In this document: in pieces, positions 8,761-18,065 of the stretch
Position numbering within the stretch: the first letter of the stretch is position 1
Layout: each line of letters starts with the position of its first letter
Assembly (NCBI GenBank): GCA_947468255.1
Contig: CANIMM010000001.1
Span: 1-36,336 of the forward strand
Direction: 5' to 3'
Length of the DNA stretch: 36,336 bases
Source: Chitinophagaceae bacterium
GTDB taxonomy: Bacteria > Bacteroidota > Bacteroidia > Chitinophagales > Chitinophagaceae
Program-made: the position numbers and the translations under genes
The notes under the pieces: generated by a model
Database searches by the model: none
Seen by the model: the letters and a program-made list of their open reading frames with translations, nothing else
Told to the model about the DNA's origin: nothing

Positions 8761-10743
8761 TTAAAAAATTGCATCCGCTGTAATTTTTTCTACTGTTGAT
8801 TCTATATTCAAATATTTTTCAGTCCGTTTACCTAATATACTTTCAAGGTCTTCCTTAAAAATCACCTCTTTTTTAAGAAGGAGTTCTGCTACAGATTTCA
8901 AAGAAGTTTTATTTTGTTGTAATAATTTTATTGTGCGTTGGTAGGCTTCGCTAACCAATTTTCTTACTTCATCATCTATCAATTTGCCAGTTTCTTCACT
9001 ATATGGTTTTTGAATACCCATGTCCCGCTGTCCGGTAGAATCATAAAAACTGATATTTCCTATAATTTTATTGAAACCATAATACATTACCATCATATAT
9101 GCCTCTCTAGTAACTTTTTCTAAGTCATCGATTGCCCCTGAAGAGACTTCGCCGAAGATGATTTCTTCAGCTGCCCTTCCACCAAGTGTGGCGCATATTT
9201 GCTCTGTAAACATTGATTCGCTGCGTAATTGTTTTTCTTCTGGTAAGTACCAGGCTGATCCCAATGATTTTCCACGAGGTATGATGGAAACTTTAATGAG
9301 TGGGTCTACCCTTTTTAGCAACCAACTTACCACTGCATGGCCCGCTTCATGATAAGCTATTATTTTTTTTTCTTCAGGTGAAATGATTTTACTTTTCTTT
9401 TCTAGTCCAGCTACAGTTCTGTCGATAGCATCTAAAAAATCCTGTTTATCAACGAATTTCTTTTTTTTTCTTGCTGCTATGAGTGCCGATTCGTTGCAAA
9501 TATTTGCGATGTCTGCCCCGGAAAATCCAGGAGTTTGAGAAGCTAGGAAATCGGTATCTAAACTACCATCTAAAACAAGGGGACGAATATGCACTTTAAA
9601 AATTGCTTCCCGCTCTTTCATATTGGGAAGTTCAAGATAGATATGTCTGTCAAATCTTCCAGGGCGAAGTAAAGCTGGGTCTAACATATCTGCACGATTG
9701 GTCGCTGCCAATACAATCACTCCACTATTCGTTCCAAATCCATCCATTTCTGTTAGTAATTGATTGAGGGTACTTTCCCTTTCATCATTGGCCCCACTAA
9801 GAAATGCTCCTTTTCCCCTAGACCTTCCAATGGCGTCTATTTCATCAATAAAAATGATACAGGGGGCTTTTTCTTTTGCTTTATTAAATAAATCCCTGAC
9901 CCGCGAAGCCCCTACACCTACAAACATTTCTACAAATTCAGAACCGGAGATAGAAAAAAAAGGTACTTGGGCTTCACCGGCAACTGCTTTCGCTAGCAGT
10001 GTCTTACCAGTACCGGGTGGCCCCACTAGGATGACACCTTTTGGGATTTTAGCACCCAGCTTTGTAAATGTTTCCGGATTTTTTAAAAAATCAACAATTT
10101 CCCTTACCTCCATTTCGGCTTCTTCTAAGCCTGCAACATCTTCAAAATTGATTTCAGTTTTCTGTTTTTCAACTAATGTAGCGGTTGATTTTCCAAAATT
10201 GAAAATATTTGATCCGCCAGAACCCATTCCCATGCCCCCAGATTTTTTTATTAAAAAATTCCAAAGTATGAGTAGAAAAAAAAGAGGCAATAGCCAACTA
10301 ACTATGTTCCAAAAAAAATTTGTTCTTTTTACATAGCTAAGTTCAGTTTTATCTTTGATAGCCAATTCATCTTCGGCTTGACTGAGCTTTCTTTCAAATG
10401 ATTCAACTGAGCCGATGGTAATGAAATAGTGAGGACCTAAATTGACACCATTTCCTATAGCTGGTTTGAAAACATCTTTGAAGTAAGGTGTTTTTTCAAA
10501 CTCTTTTTTTATATAAATCTCCGCCTTTTCATTATTTACGATTACAATTTTTTCAACTGCTTTTTTATTTAATATTTCATTTTTAAATTTTTGCCAGCTA
10601 ATTTCTTTATCCGAAAATGAATTGTTCAGCAAAGAAGGCAAAAAAAGCATGCACATTATTACTATATAAACCCACCAAAAACTGAATCTCCTACCAGATG
10701 GATTGATTTTTTTGTCGTCATTTTTGTTGATTGTATCAGCCAT
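8761..10743 (-). CDS. ftsH: ATP-dependent zinc metalloprotease FtsH
   Basis: Two TM segments, [19 protein letters not shown] (ATNR...LLRPGRFDR), HEAGH zinc motif. Confidence 0.97.
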   Translation of the reverse strand: MADTINKNDDKKINPSGRRFSFWWVYIVIMCMLFLPSLLNNSFSDKEISWQKFKNEILNKKAVEKIVIVNNEKAEIYIKKEFEKTPYFKDVFKPAIGNGVNLGPHYFITIGSVESFERKLSQAEDELAIKDKTELSYVKRTNFFWNIVSWLLPLFFLLILWNFLIKKSGGMGMGSGGSNIFNFGKSTATLVEKQKTEINFEDVAGLEEAEMEVREIVDFLKNPETFTKLGAKIPKGVILVGPPGTGKTLLAKAVAGEAQVPFFSISGSEFVEMFVGVGASRVRDLFNKAKEKAPCIIFIDEIDAIGRSRGKGAFLSGANDERESTLNQLLTEMDGFGTNSGVIVLAATNRADMLDPALLRPGRFDRHIYLELPNMKEREAIFKVHIRPLVLDGSLDTDFLASQTPGFSGADIANICNESALIAARKKKKFVDKQDFLDAIDRTVAGLEKKSKIISPEEKKIIAYHEAGHAVVSWLLKRVDPLIKVSIIPRGKSLGSAWYLPEEKQLRSESMFTEQICATLGGRAAEEIIFGEVSSGAIDDLEKVTREAYMMVMYYGFNKIIGNISFYDSTGQRDMGIQKPYSEETGKLIDDEVRKLVSEAYQRTIKLLQQNKTSLKSVAELLLKKEVIFKEDLESILGKRTEKYLNIESTVEKITADAIF

Positions 10744-10778
10744 ATATTAAAGTTTAAAAACAATATTATTTAGTTGAA

Positions 10779-10812
10779 TGACCAGTATCAGTTATAAGGA
10801 TGATTTTTTACA
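10779..10812. promoter_or_regulatory. Tandem box pair between divergent ftsH and htrA
   Basis: TGA-CCAGTA-TCA (10779) and TGA-TTTTTT-ACA (10801); perfect -7 TACATTTG on plus strand at 10836-10843, 23 bp gap. Confidence 0.8.
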
Positions 10813-10844
10813 TTGTAATCAACAATAGGCTTAAATACATTTGT

Positions 10845-10962
10845 GTTAGTTGACATAATGGAAATATCCGAATGTCAGTTAGCATTCAGTAGATAATAAT
10901 GTCAATAAAATGACACAAAAACTACTTTGCCACGGAACTGGATAATACCAGTTCCGTTTTTT
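10845..10962 (+). ncRNA. Candidate ~115-nt sRNA or attenuator leader
   Basis: Begins at the predicted promoter, two potential hairpins, ends in a strong terminator about 105 bp before the htrA start. Confidence 0.45.
10932..10962 (+). terminator. Intrinsic terminator
   Basis: ACGGAACTGG-ATAATA-CCAGTTCCGT followed by a T run. Confidence 0.8.
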
Positions 10963-11067
10963 AATCCATCGATATTTCAGTTGAGCCATCCCATTTTTAT
11001 TACTCTTTGTATTGTCCGAAAATTACATATTAAGAATTAGTATTTAATTCAATAAAAGTTATCGAAA

Positions 11068-12549
11068 ATGAAAAAATATATTTCGTTGTTACTTTTTGGT
11101 AGTTTTTTTCTGCTTGGTTGCCATGGGCAGCAAAGTAAATTTGCTGGAAACAACGAAAATGAAACTGCCTTCATATTTGAGGAAAAACAGCATCAATCGC
11201 TTAAAAATGAACAGGCTCAAATATTAAGTACATCTGTATCTGGATTCAATTTTAGATATGCTGCAAAAAAAGCTACCCCAGGAGTAGTACATATTAAATC
11301 ATTAGTAGCGGTTAAACCATCAAGGGAGATGCCTGATTTTTTCAAAGATTTTTTTGACCAAGATTTTTTGCATCGCTATTTTCCATCTCAAGATAATACG
11401 CCTCAGTACCAGATGGGAAGCGCTTCAGGAGTTATTATAAGTGAGGATGGATATATAGTAACTAACAACCATGTGATTGATGGGGTGGATAGTATCGAAG
11501 TAGTGTTACATAATCAGCGAAGTTATAAGGCTACCATTATTGGAAAAGATCCAGCTACCGATTTAGCCTTACTTAAAATTGATGAAAACAAATTATCCTT
11601 TATTGAATTTGGGAATTCAGACTCAGTAGAAGTTGGTGACATGGTGTTGGCAGTAGGCAATCCATTTAATTTAGCATCCACTGTTACCGCTGGCATTGTG
11701 AGTGCTAAAGCAAGGAATATCAATATTCTTACAGATAAAGCGGCTGTAGAATCATACATTCAAACAGATGCAGCCGTTAACCGTGGTAATAGCGGAGGGG
11801 CCTTGGTAGACATCAATGGAAAATTAATAGGCATCAATGCAGCTATTTCAACTCCTACAGGGGTTTATGCAGGTTATTCATTTGCCATACCGGTTGAAAT
11901 AGTCAAGAAAACAATGGACGATCTTTTAAAACATGGAAAGGTGATGCGTGGTTATCTTGGAATAATGATTAGTGAAATGAATAGTGCAAAAGCTAAAATG
12001 CTTGGAATTAATACTTCTACCGGTGTAATGGTGGACAGTCTGTTACAAAATGGTGCAGCTGTTTTAGCTGGAATTCAACGCAAGGATGTAATCATTAAAA
12101 TTGACAACCATTTGGTGGAAACAGCCCCTCAATTACGAGAAATTATTGCTAGGCAGCGCCCGGGTATAAAATTAGATATTACGGTAATTAGAGCGGGAAA
12201 GGAAAAAGTGATTTCAGTTACCTTACTTCCAGAAAAACAAATTCCTGTAACCGTAAGAGTAGGCAATGAACTTTTAAAATCGCTTGGCATAGAAATTGAA
12301 AACCTATCCACGAAAGAAAAAAGTCAATTGAAAATTTATGGCGGCGTTAAAATAGTAAGTATAACAGATGGCAAAATTTCAAATTACACTGATATTAAAG
12401 AAGGATTTATTATTACTAAGGTAAATAATAAGGCGATCAATAATACGAATGAGTTTATTCAACAGTTGCAGGATAAAAAAGGGGGTGTTTTAATTGAGGG
12501 TTTGTATCCTGGTGTTACAGGAACATATTATTATGCATTTGGATTATAG
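11068..12549 (+). CDS. HtrA/DegP/DegQ serine protease, probable lipoprotein
   Basis: Lipobox-like LLGC; triad TNNHV, DLALLK, GNSGG; two C-terminal PDZ domains. Confidence 0.95.
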   Translation: MKKYISLLLFGSFFLLGCHGQQSKFAGNNENETAFIFEEKQHQSLKNEQAQILSTSVSGFNFRYAAKKATPGVVHIKSLVAVKPSREMPDFFKDFFDQDFLHRYFPSQDNTPQYQMGSASGVIISEDGYIVTNNHVIDGVDSIEVVLHNQRSYKATIIGKDPATDLALLKIDENKLSFIEFGNSDSVEVGDMVLAVGNPFNLASTVTAGIVSAKARNINILTDKAAVESYIQTDAAVNRGNSGGALVDINGKLIGINAAISTPTGVYAGYSFAIPVEIVKKTMDDLLKHGKVMRGYLGIMISEMNSAKAKMLGINTSTGVMVDSLLQNGAAVLAGIQRKDVIIKIDNHLVETAPQLREIIARQRPGIKLDITVIRAGKEKVISVTLLPEKQIPVTVRVGNELLKSLGIEIENLSTKEKSQLKIYGGVKIVSITDGKISNYTDIKEGFIITKVNNKAINNTNEFIQQLQDKKGGVLIEGLYPGVTGTYYYAFGL

Positions 12550-12819
12550 AAAACACTTTAGGAGGCAGTTTTTTCTTAATTGAGAATTAAAAAAAAATGA
12601 AATTTAAATTTTCTTTTTAGAACTACTCTGCAATAATAAATTCGTACAAGGTGTAAAAAAAATATACCCAGATTCTTGACAAAGTTTTTAAGAGACTAGT
12701 TCAATTTTATTTTCATGAATTTAATAATCATGTTATGAAATTTATATTATCTATTACAGCGAATAAAAAAAATAATTTAGATCGTATTTTAACAATTTGT
12801 ATTCTACTTAAGTTCCAGC

Positions 12820-13390
12820 TCCCAGTATTTTGAAAAAAAAAGTTATTTATGAAAAATATAATAACAAAATCCTTCAGTCTACCCATTACACTTTTTAATA
12901 CCACCCTCCTGTAGATAAGTCAATACAAACTATTGCCAAAATGGCGGAGCTTTGGTACGATCGATATGATTCGCTCTTGCAGTGCAAATTTGAAAATCAA
13001 AGCCCGATCATTGTTTATGCAAATGATGCAGATTATCACCAAAGGGGAATATTGTCTGATTTAATTGAAGTTGATGAGGGCGGCGCTACAAAAGAAATAA
13101 GGAATCGCTTGAATATGCCACATGCAGAATCATTTTCAACCACCAATCATGTATTGGGACATGAGATTACTCATGTGTTTCAATTTGACATATTGCGTAA
13201 CTCGGATAGCACAAATATATATTCAATTTACAATCTTCAACTTTGGATGGTTGAAGGTATGTCAGAATATCATTCTTTAGGATCTACTAATGTAAATAGG
13301 GCTATTTGGATGAGAGATGCCGTTTTAAAAAACAAACTACCATCTATAGACCAGTTGTCAACCAAATTCCAGTATTCAGAATTGGCGTAA
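12820..13390 (+). pseudogene. Remnant of a large Bacteroidota secreted protein with an N-terminal HExxH (peptidase MA-like) domain
   Basis: HVLGHEITHVFQFD and LWMVEGMSEY motifs. The upstream in-frame continuation (VIYEKYNNKILQSTHYTF*YH) has a TAA at 12896-12898, a probable frameshift lies in the A run at about 12833-12841 after QYF, and the ORF ends early at 13390. Confidence 0.7.
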
Positions 13391-13694
13391 CATACAGAAT
13401 AAATTAAAACGGCTCATTGGCAGCAGAAATATATATTGCAAATTCTATGCAAGGGCCTTCAAAAATGTACTATTGGGATTTACAATCACCCAAGTTTTTT
13501 GAAAAAAGGTAGAACTGATAAAAATTATTTAAAAATTGAAAATGTTGTTATAATGAATATTCAATTAAAAGAAATTGACTAATCATGTTATCAATAAAAA
13601 GGGGAAATTAAAATCTCTAGATCTAAAAGAATAATATTGCAGTTATAGTTAAGTAGAAAAATTGCACTTATTACTTTAACTTACAAACTAAAAT

Positions 13695-13728
13695 AAAAAA
13701 ACAAGGCAGATCTATTAAACCTGCCTTG
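13695..13728 (-). terminator. Intrinsic terminator of the candidate sRNA
   Basis: CAAGGCAG / CTGCCTTG stem (13702-13709 / 13721-13728) with a 7-U tract on the minus strand. Confidence 0.75.
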
Positions 13729-13907
13729 AAACCAACTGATAACAGTTTATAGTCTTTTACAACTTTTATTCTGAACCAGTCTATTCAATTCGGAAATCGT
13801 CCTTGTTTAGTTAGCAATTTCTATTCTGCCTTACGGTCAAACAGTTTACTGCCATTTAAACAGCTATCTCTGTCCTCCTTCTTCACCGACCTAACCCGAA
13901 TTGTATT
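13695..13907 (-). ncRNA. Candidate ~210-nt structured sRNA
   Basis: Own tandem-box promoter, long interrupted hairpin 13786-13903, intrinsic terminator, only a 14-codon ORF noticed. Confidence 0.6.
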
Positions 13908-13943
13908 GAAGTAAAGATAATAAGAATAACCACTGTTAATATA

Positions 13944-13977
13944 TGATGGACATCAGGGAAACAAATGTTAGTAATCA
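13944..13977 (-). promoter_or_regulatory. Tandem box pair with no adjacent protein gene start
   Basis: TGA-TGGACA-TCA (13944) and TGT-TAGTAA-TCA (13966); -7-like TATCTTTA on minus strand at 13912-13919, 24 bp gap. Confidence 0.7.
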
Positions 13978-14064
13978 TTTTGGAAATTGAAAGAGTAAAA
14001 AAAATCAAATTAAAAACTTACTTAAGCAATCCTATTCAATTAAGCCAGAAAATTATCTTGATTA

Positions 14065-15195
14065 TCAATACCTAGTAATTAACGCAATGTGCTGGTAATC
14101 TTTCAAAAGATTATTATCGGTCAAAAAAACTTGTCCCCCACTATCCAATACCATTTCCATAATATCGTCAACAGCATCTGTAATAATTTTATAGGCCTTA
14201 TCTGTCGGTCTTTCATGAAACTGGTAACCACCATCGGTAATGAAACCAGATTTTCTGAAATCCTTTTCTACCAATAATTTAAATGCCTTACCATCTTTAG
14301 TTGCTTGCCATATATGCTGAATACCAGTAATAACAAGATGACTGCCAACTTTTTCATCCAATTCCTTGACTAATAATTTCCGTTGATGTTGCAAATGTTC
14401 AAACATAACTGGCCAGGAAATATCAGTTAGTTGCTTCTCATTAAAGGAATCATAATTCCCAGTAATTGATTGTATAAAGTTTTCAGCGTAGCTGGAAACC
14501 TCTTCAAACCAAGCAATATCTTTTTGCACACCCAGTAATAGGATAGGTAAACCAGTATTGACATATTGATTGAGGAGTTTATCTGCTTTGTGATAAAATT
14601 GCTTGAATCTGATTTCTTGCATATTAGTTTTTTCCTTTTCAAAATTCCTGACAGTAGTATGGCCGGTAAAAGGAGTTCCTCTACTTGGTGGATTGTAAAG
14701 ATATTCTTCTTCATAAGTCAACGGAAAGTTAATGTCAATAACTTCTTTCAATTCATCTAATATACCAGTGAAGAGTCGAATACTATTTTTCGAAAGCGAT
14801 ATTACCAGATAAGGAATTGAATAATTTTCTTTATACAAAAGATCTCGAATTTCAAAGCTATCTCCAACCAATACCTTCTCTTCTACTGTAAATGGAAACT
14901 GGACTGCAAGTTTAACATCAGATGAAATGAAAATCCCAAGTCCCAATGAATTATGAGAAAAATCAATATTTTCGAAAATTTCATCAATTGAATCAAGTAG
15001 AATTTCAATATTAGAAACAGTGTATTTAAATTTCAATAATTGCTTAGCCGAATTAATTGACTTTTTTAAATTTAATTGATCTACTCTTCTATCTGGAGAC
15101 AATCGGTGGGTAGGCAAAATAATAGAAACGCAGACTTTACCTTTGCTATTTTGAAGCAAATCCAGTTGCTTATTTGCGGCACTTTCTATAAACAT
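14065..15195 (-). CDS. baeRF3-family (aeRF1-like) protein, Balon-like ribosome hibernation factor candidate
   Basis: CVSIILPTHRLSPD, LGLGIF, IGD/VGD-x-FEIRDL, DAVDDIMEMVL-x2-GGQV, IALITRY. No GGQ in the catalytic-loop region. Start moved from TTG 15273 (inside the predicted promoter) to ATG 15195. Confidence 0.8.
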   Translation of the reverse strand: MFIESAANKQLDLLQNSKGKVCVSIILPTHRLSPDRRVDQLNLKKSINSAKQLLKFKYTVSNIEILLDSIDEIFENIDFSHNSLGLGIFISSDVKLAVQFPFTVEEKVLVGDSFEIRDLLYKENYSIPYLVISLSKNSIRLFTGILDELKEVIDINFPLTYEEEYLYNPPSRGTPFTGHTTVRNFEKEKTNMQEIRFKQFYHKADKLLNQYVNTGLPILLLGVQKDIAWFEEVSSYAENFIQSITGNYDSFNEKQLTDISWPVMFEHLQHQRKLLVKELDEKVGSHLVITGIQHIWQATKDGKAFKLLVEKDFRKSGFITDGGYQFHERPTDKAYKIITDAVDDIMEMVLDSGGQVFLTDNNLLKDYQHIALITRY

Positions 15196-15273
15196 AAATT
15201 TGATTTTAATGTAAGAAAAAAAAGGAGTGAAATGAAAAAAAATAAAAATATAAAAAGTGAACTTTTTCGACAA

Positions 15274-15307
15274 TGATTGACTTCAATTAATCGTATGATA
15301 TCAGTCA
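15274..15307 (-). promoter_or_regulatory. Tandem box pair (baeRF3 promoter)
   Basis: TGA-TTGACT-TCA (15274) and TGA-TATCAG-TCA (15296); TATTTTTA on minus strand at 15243-15250, 23 bp gap. Confidence 0.8.
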
Positions 15308-15559
15308 CATTTTTTAAAATAAAAAAACAACAATTAAAATTTAGAAAAAAATGTAAAAGCGTTTGAAATATTATTAAAAAAAAGAGGCTAAAGAAAGTGA
15401 ATAGGAAGCAAAGAAATAAGTAAAAACTAGCTAACGCAAGGATTAATGATGTTAAAAATAATAATTAGGATAATAAAGTATACAACAGTGGAAATGATTA
15501 CAGTTAGAGGAGCGCTAAGTAAATTATTAAAAAAGATTATATAATCAATAAAATTATCT

Positions 15560-15593
15560 TGACTAAGGTCACTTAATACACTAATAGTCGTCA
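15560..15593 (+). promoter_or_regulatory. Tandem box pair (nitroreductase operon promoter)
   Basis: TGA-CTAAGG-TCA (15560) and TAA-TAGTCG-TCA (15582); perfect -7 TAAATTTG at 15617-15624, 23 bp gap. Confidence 0.8.
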
Positions 15594-15674
15594 TTGAAAA
15601 GAGAAGAATTTGAAAATAAATTTGATTTAGCTTAAATACTTTCAGAATTTAATTTATACCTATAAATATATATT

Positions 15675-16208
15675 ATGGAAACAGTACTTCTAAAAGACGC
15701 CTTAACTGTTATTGAAGAAAGAAAAAGCGTGAGAAACTACACTGGTGAAAAAGTCAGTAAGGCAGATTTAGAAAAAATACTTCATGCAGCGATGTCAGCA
15801 CCAGCAGCAATCCATATGCTTCCATGGAAATTTATTGTAGTAACCAATAAAGAAAAGTTAGAAAAACTGGCAGTCGGTTTACCCTTTGCAAAAATGATTT
15901 CAAAGGCAGGAACATGTATTGCAGTTTGTGCATTCCCAGATGAGGCTGCTTTAAGTAGTGATATATTTGCAATTATGGATTGCAGCTGCGCAAGCCAAAA
16001 TATCCTCTTGGCTGCAGAGGCACTTGGTTTAGGGGCAGTATGGACAGCAGTATATCCTAATCAAGAATCGATCGATTTTGTAAGAAAAGAATTAAGCATC
16101 CCTCCTCATGTAATTCCGCTAAATATAATTCCTATTGGATATCCTACTGGAGAAGATAAGCCGAAAAACAAGTATGATCCAAAAAATATACACTGGGAAA
16201 AATGGTAA
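15675..16208 (+). CDS. Nitroreductase family flavoprotein
   Basis: ERKSVRNY, PWKFIVV, QNILLAAEALGLGAVW, IPIGYP. Confidence 0.95.
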   Translation: METVLLKDALTVIEERKSVRNYTGEKVSKADLEKILHAAMSAPAAIHMLPWKFIVVTNKEKLEKLAVGLPFAKMISKAGTCIAVCAFPDEAALSSDIFAIMDCSCASQNILLAAEALGLGAVWTAVYPNQESIDFVRKELSIPPHVIPLNIIPIGYPTGEDKPKNKYDPKNIHWEKW

Positions 16209-16226
16209 TCATTCAAATTCAGTACT

Positions 16227-16634
16227 ATGCACATTGAAATTAACGACCATACAACCATTCGTTCAATACAGAAAACATTTTCAAATTTTTACCCCTATCT
16301 GAAAATTGTATTTATAAAAAACCCAGATCTTAAAAAAAACCTAACGGATGAATCAAATATAATTTTTGAAGGCAAAACAATTGAAGAAGTAAAATATACC
16401 CATTTATCAAGTTTAATTGAAATATCACCCATTTCAAAACTGTCTGATATAGAAAATGAATTTTATGAGCGCCTGGGCTTGTGTATTCGAATATTAATTA
16501 ATCAAAAAAACAAATGGGAGCAAGCAACCGGTATGAATAATTTCACATTAAAAGAATTAAATGAGTTAGGAAGAAGTTCATTTGATGAGTTTATTCTTTC
16601 TGAACCTGATTCAGAATTTAGGGATGAAAAGTAG
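16227..16634 (+). CDS. Hypothetical protein
   Basis: 135 aa ORF 18 bp after the nitroreductase; IQKTFSNFYPYLKI resembles conserved Bacteroidota hypotheticals. Confidence 0.7.
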   Translation: MHIEINDHTTIRSIQKTFSNFYPYLKIVFIKNPDLKKNLTDESNIIFEGKTIEEVKYTHLSSLIEISPISKLSDIENEFYERLGLCIRILINQKNKWEQATGMNNFTLKELNELGRSSFDEFILSEPDSEFRDEK

Positions 16635-16659
16635 GTGACAAATTATTATTATAGTAAGT

Positions 16660-16701
16660 AACAATTATTTTATGGTAATTTTTTAATATAAAATAATTGT
16701 T
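16660..16701. repeat. 14-bp perfect AT-rich inverted repeat
   Basis: AACAATTATTTTAT (16660-16673) / ATAAAATAATTGTT (16688-16701); possible weak terminator or mRNA-stability hairpin. Confidence 0.45.
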
Positions 16702-16749
16702 GTGATAACTTTTAAAAATAGGCATTAATTGAATTTATTAAAATAAAAT

Positions 16750-17148
16750 ATGGCCACTACAATTGCAGAGTATTATATAGCTGAACTTTTAGATTGGAAC
16801 AATGCGATCATTTTTTACAATGAAGAAATGGAAGAAATTGAACAAAAATTAGCAGCAGTTATCAGCAGAAACTCTATAGTAGGCATTGCAGATAAAGTTG
16901 AGGTTCAGCAAAATTTACTCAATAATGTGTCGGATAAATTTTACAAAATACAAAATGAAATACAAGAGCAAAGCGGCTCCTTACAGTCAGATGGGAAATT
17001 AAAAGACGATGCCCTTATAACAAATGAATATGAGTTAAAACAGTTTGATATTCGCCTAAGAATGAATACAGTTGAAAAAGACTATGTTGATAAAAAATTA
17101 AATTGTTACAATTTTATATCAACTACGTTGAAAAAAAATGACACCTAA
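16750..17148 (+). CDS. Hypothetical helical protein, paralog-like to 1263-1694
   Basis: 132 aa, ELLDWNNAIIFYNEE...KLAAVI. Confidence 0.7.
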   Translation: MATTIAEYYIAELLDWNNAIIFYNEEMEEIEQKLAAVISRNSIVGIADKVEVQQNLLNNVSDKFYKIQNEIQEQSGSLQSDGKLKDDALITNEYELKQFDIRLRMNTVEKDYVDKKLNCYNFISTTLKKNDT

Positions 17149-17214
17149 TCAAATTAATTTCAAAATATAACAATCAGCCAATATTATTAGATTAATTAAC
17201 ATAAAAAATAAAAT

Positions 17215-17484
17215 ATGAAAAATGATATTTTTTGCCAAAGTTGTAGTATGCCGCTGAATCAACAATCATTATTTGGAACTGAAAAAGACGGTTCTAAAAA
17301 TGAATCCTACTGCAACTATTGTTACCAAAATGGAAAGTTTACTAGTAACATTGAGCTAGAAGGGATGAAAAAGCTCGTGACTGATAAAATGCGCCAGATG
17401 AAGATGGACGAGGCACTTATTAAGAAAACGATTGCTATTTTGCCTACTCTTAAAAGATGGAAAAGTGAAAAGGTTTCAATTTGA
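17215..17484 (+). CDS. Zinc-ribbon domain protein (Zn_ribbon_2 type)
   Basis: CQSCSMPL...GTEKDGS...YCNYCYQNGKF...LPTLKRWK. Confidence 0.9.
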   Translation: MKNDIFCQSCSMPLNQQSLFGTEKDGSKNESYCNYCYQNGKFTSNIELEGMKKLVTDKMRQMKMDEALIKKTIAILPTLKRWKSEKVSI

Positions 17485-17609
17485 AATCTTTTTGTGAAGA
17501 GATTCATTTACTCGAAAAAATAATCAACGTTTGGGCATTCAAGATTATACCCGATTTTAAAATTCAATTATCTTCTATATTTTAAAAAAACCGATAATTT
17601 ATGAGTAAC

Positions 17610-17643
17610 TCAATGGGGTCATATTTATTGATGATGATTATCA
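17610..17643 (+). promoter_or_regulatory. Tandem box pair (hpf-SDR promoter)
   Basis: TCA-ATGGGG-TCA (17610) and TGA-TGATTA-TCA (17632); TAAATTTA at 17667-17674, 23 bp gap. Confidence 0.75.
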
Positions 17644-17708
17644 TATAATCTATTATAGGATGACCTTAAATTTATGCATTATTAAGTGTTAATAATAAAA
17701 CTATTTTT

Positions 17709-18041
17709 ATGACAATTGAATTTCATACAACCTTTGGAAAGGTTTCTGAAAAAATCATAAGTGAGATAAGAAATGAAATAATAAATCTTACCCATTTTTC
17801 AAAAAATATTACTAGAGCTGAAGTGTTAATGAAAGAAGATAAAACCATTATACCATCAGAAAATAAAATTTGCGAAATTAGGCTTACAGTTTACGGTGAT
17901 AATTTAATTGCCCATGCCCGTACTGAAAACTTTAAGGACTCCGCCAAAGATGCGCTGAAAGATTTAAAAAGAATGGTTAAGCAGCAGATTAAAAAAATGA
18001 AAGAACTCCCAGATCAAGTGATTAGTTCAGTTAAGGTGTAA
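17709..18041 (+). CDS. hpf: HPF/RaiA-family ribosome-associated protein (short form, divergent)
   Basis: 110 aa; ITRAEVLMK...NKICEIRLTVYGDNLIA...F-x2-SA-x2-AL-x2-LKR pattern of Bacteroidota S30AE/HPF proteins. Confidence 0.75.
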   Translation: MTIEFHTTFGKVSEKIISEIRNEIINLTHFSKNITRAEVLMKEDKTIIPSENKICEIRLTVYGDNLIAHARTENFKDSAKDALKDLKRMVKQQIKKMKELPDQVISSVKV

Positions 18042-18065
18042 TAAATAAACAAATACATACATATT

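Noticed and set aside
13786-13903. Firm identification as 6S RNA, riboswitch or tRNA
   Set aside because: No recognisable sequence consensus and no downstream gene for a riboswitch; kept only as a candidate sRNA
15196-15273. N-terminal extension of baeRF3 from TTG 15273
   Set aside because: It overlaps the predicted promoter elements and is low-complexity F/I/K sequence; ATG 15195 is preferred
15330-15540. Hydrophobic reading on the minus strand (IIFFNNLLSAPLTVIISTVVYFIILIIIF...)
   Set aside because: No clear start, broken by stops, and explained by A-rich composition; a remnant cannot be supported
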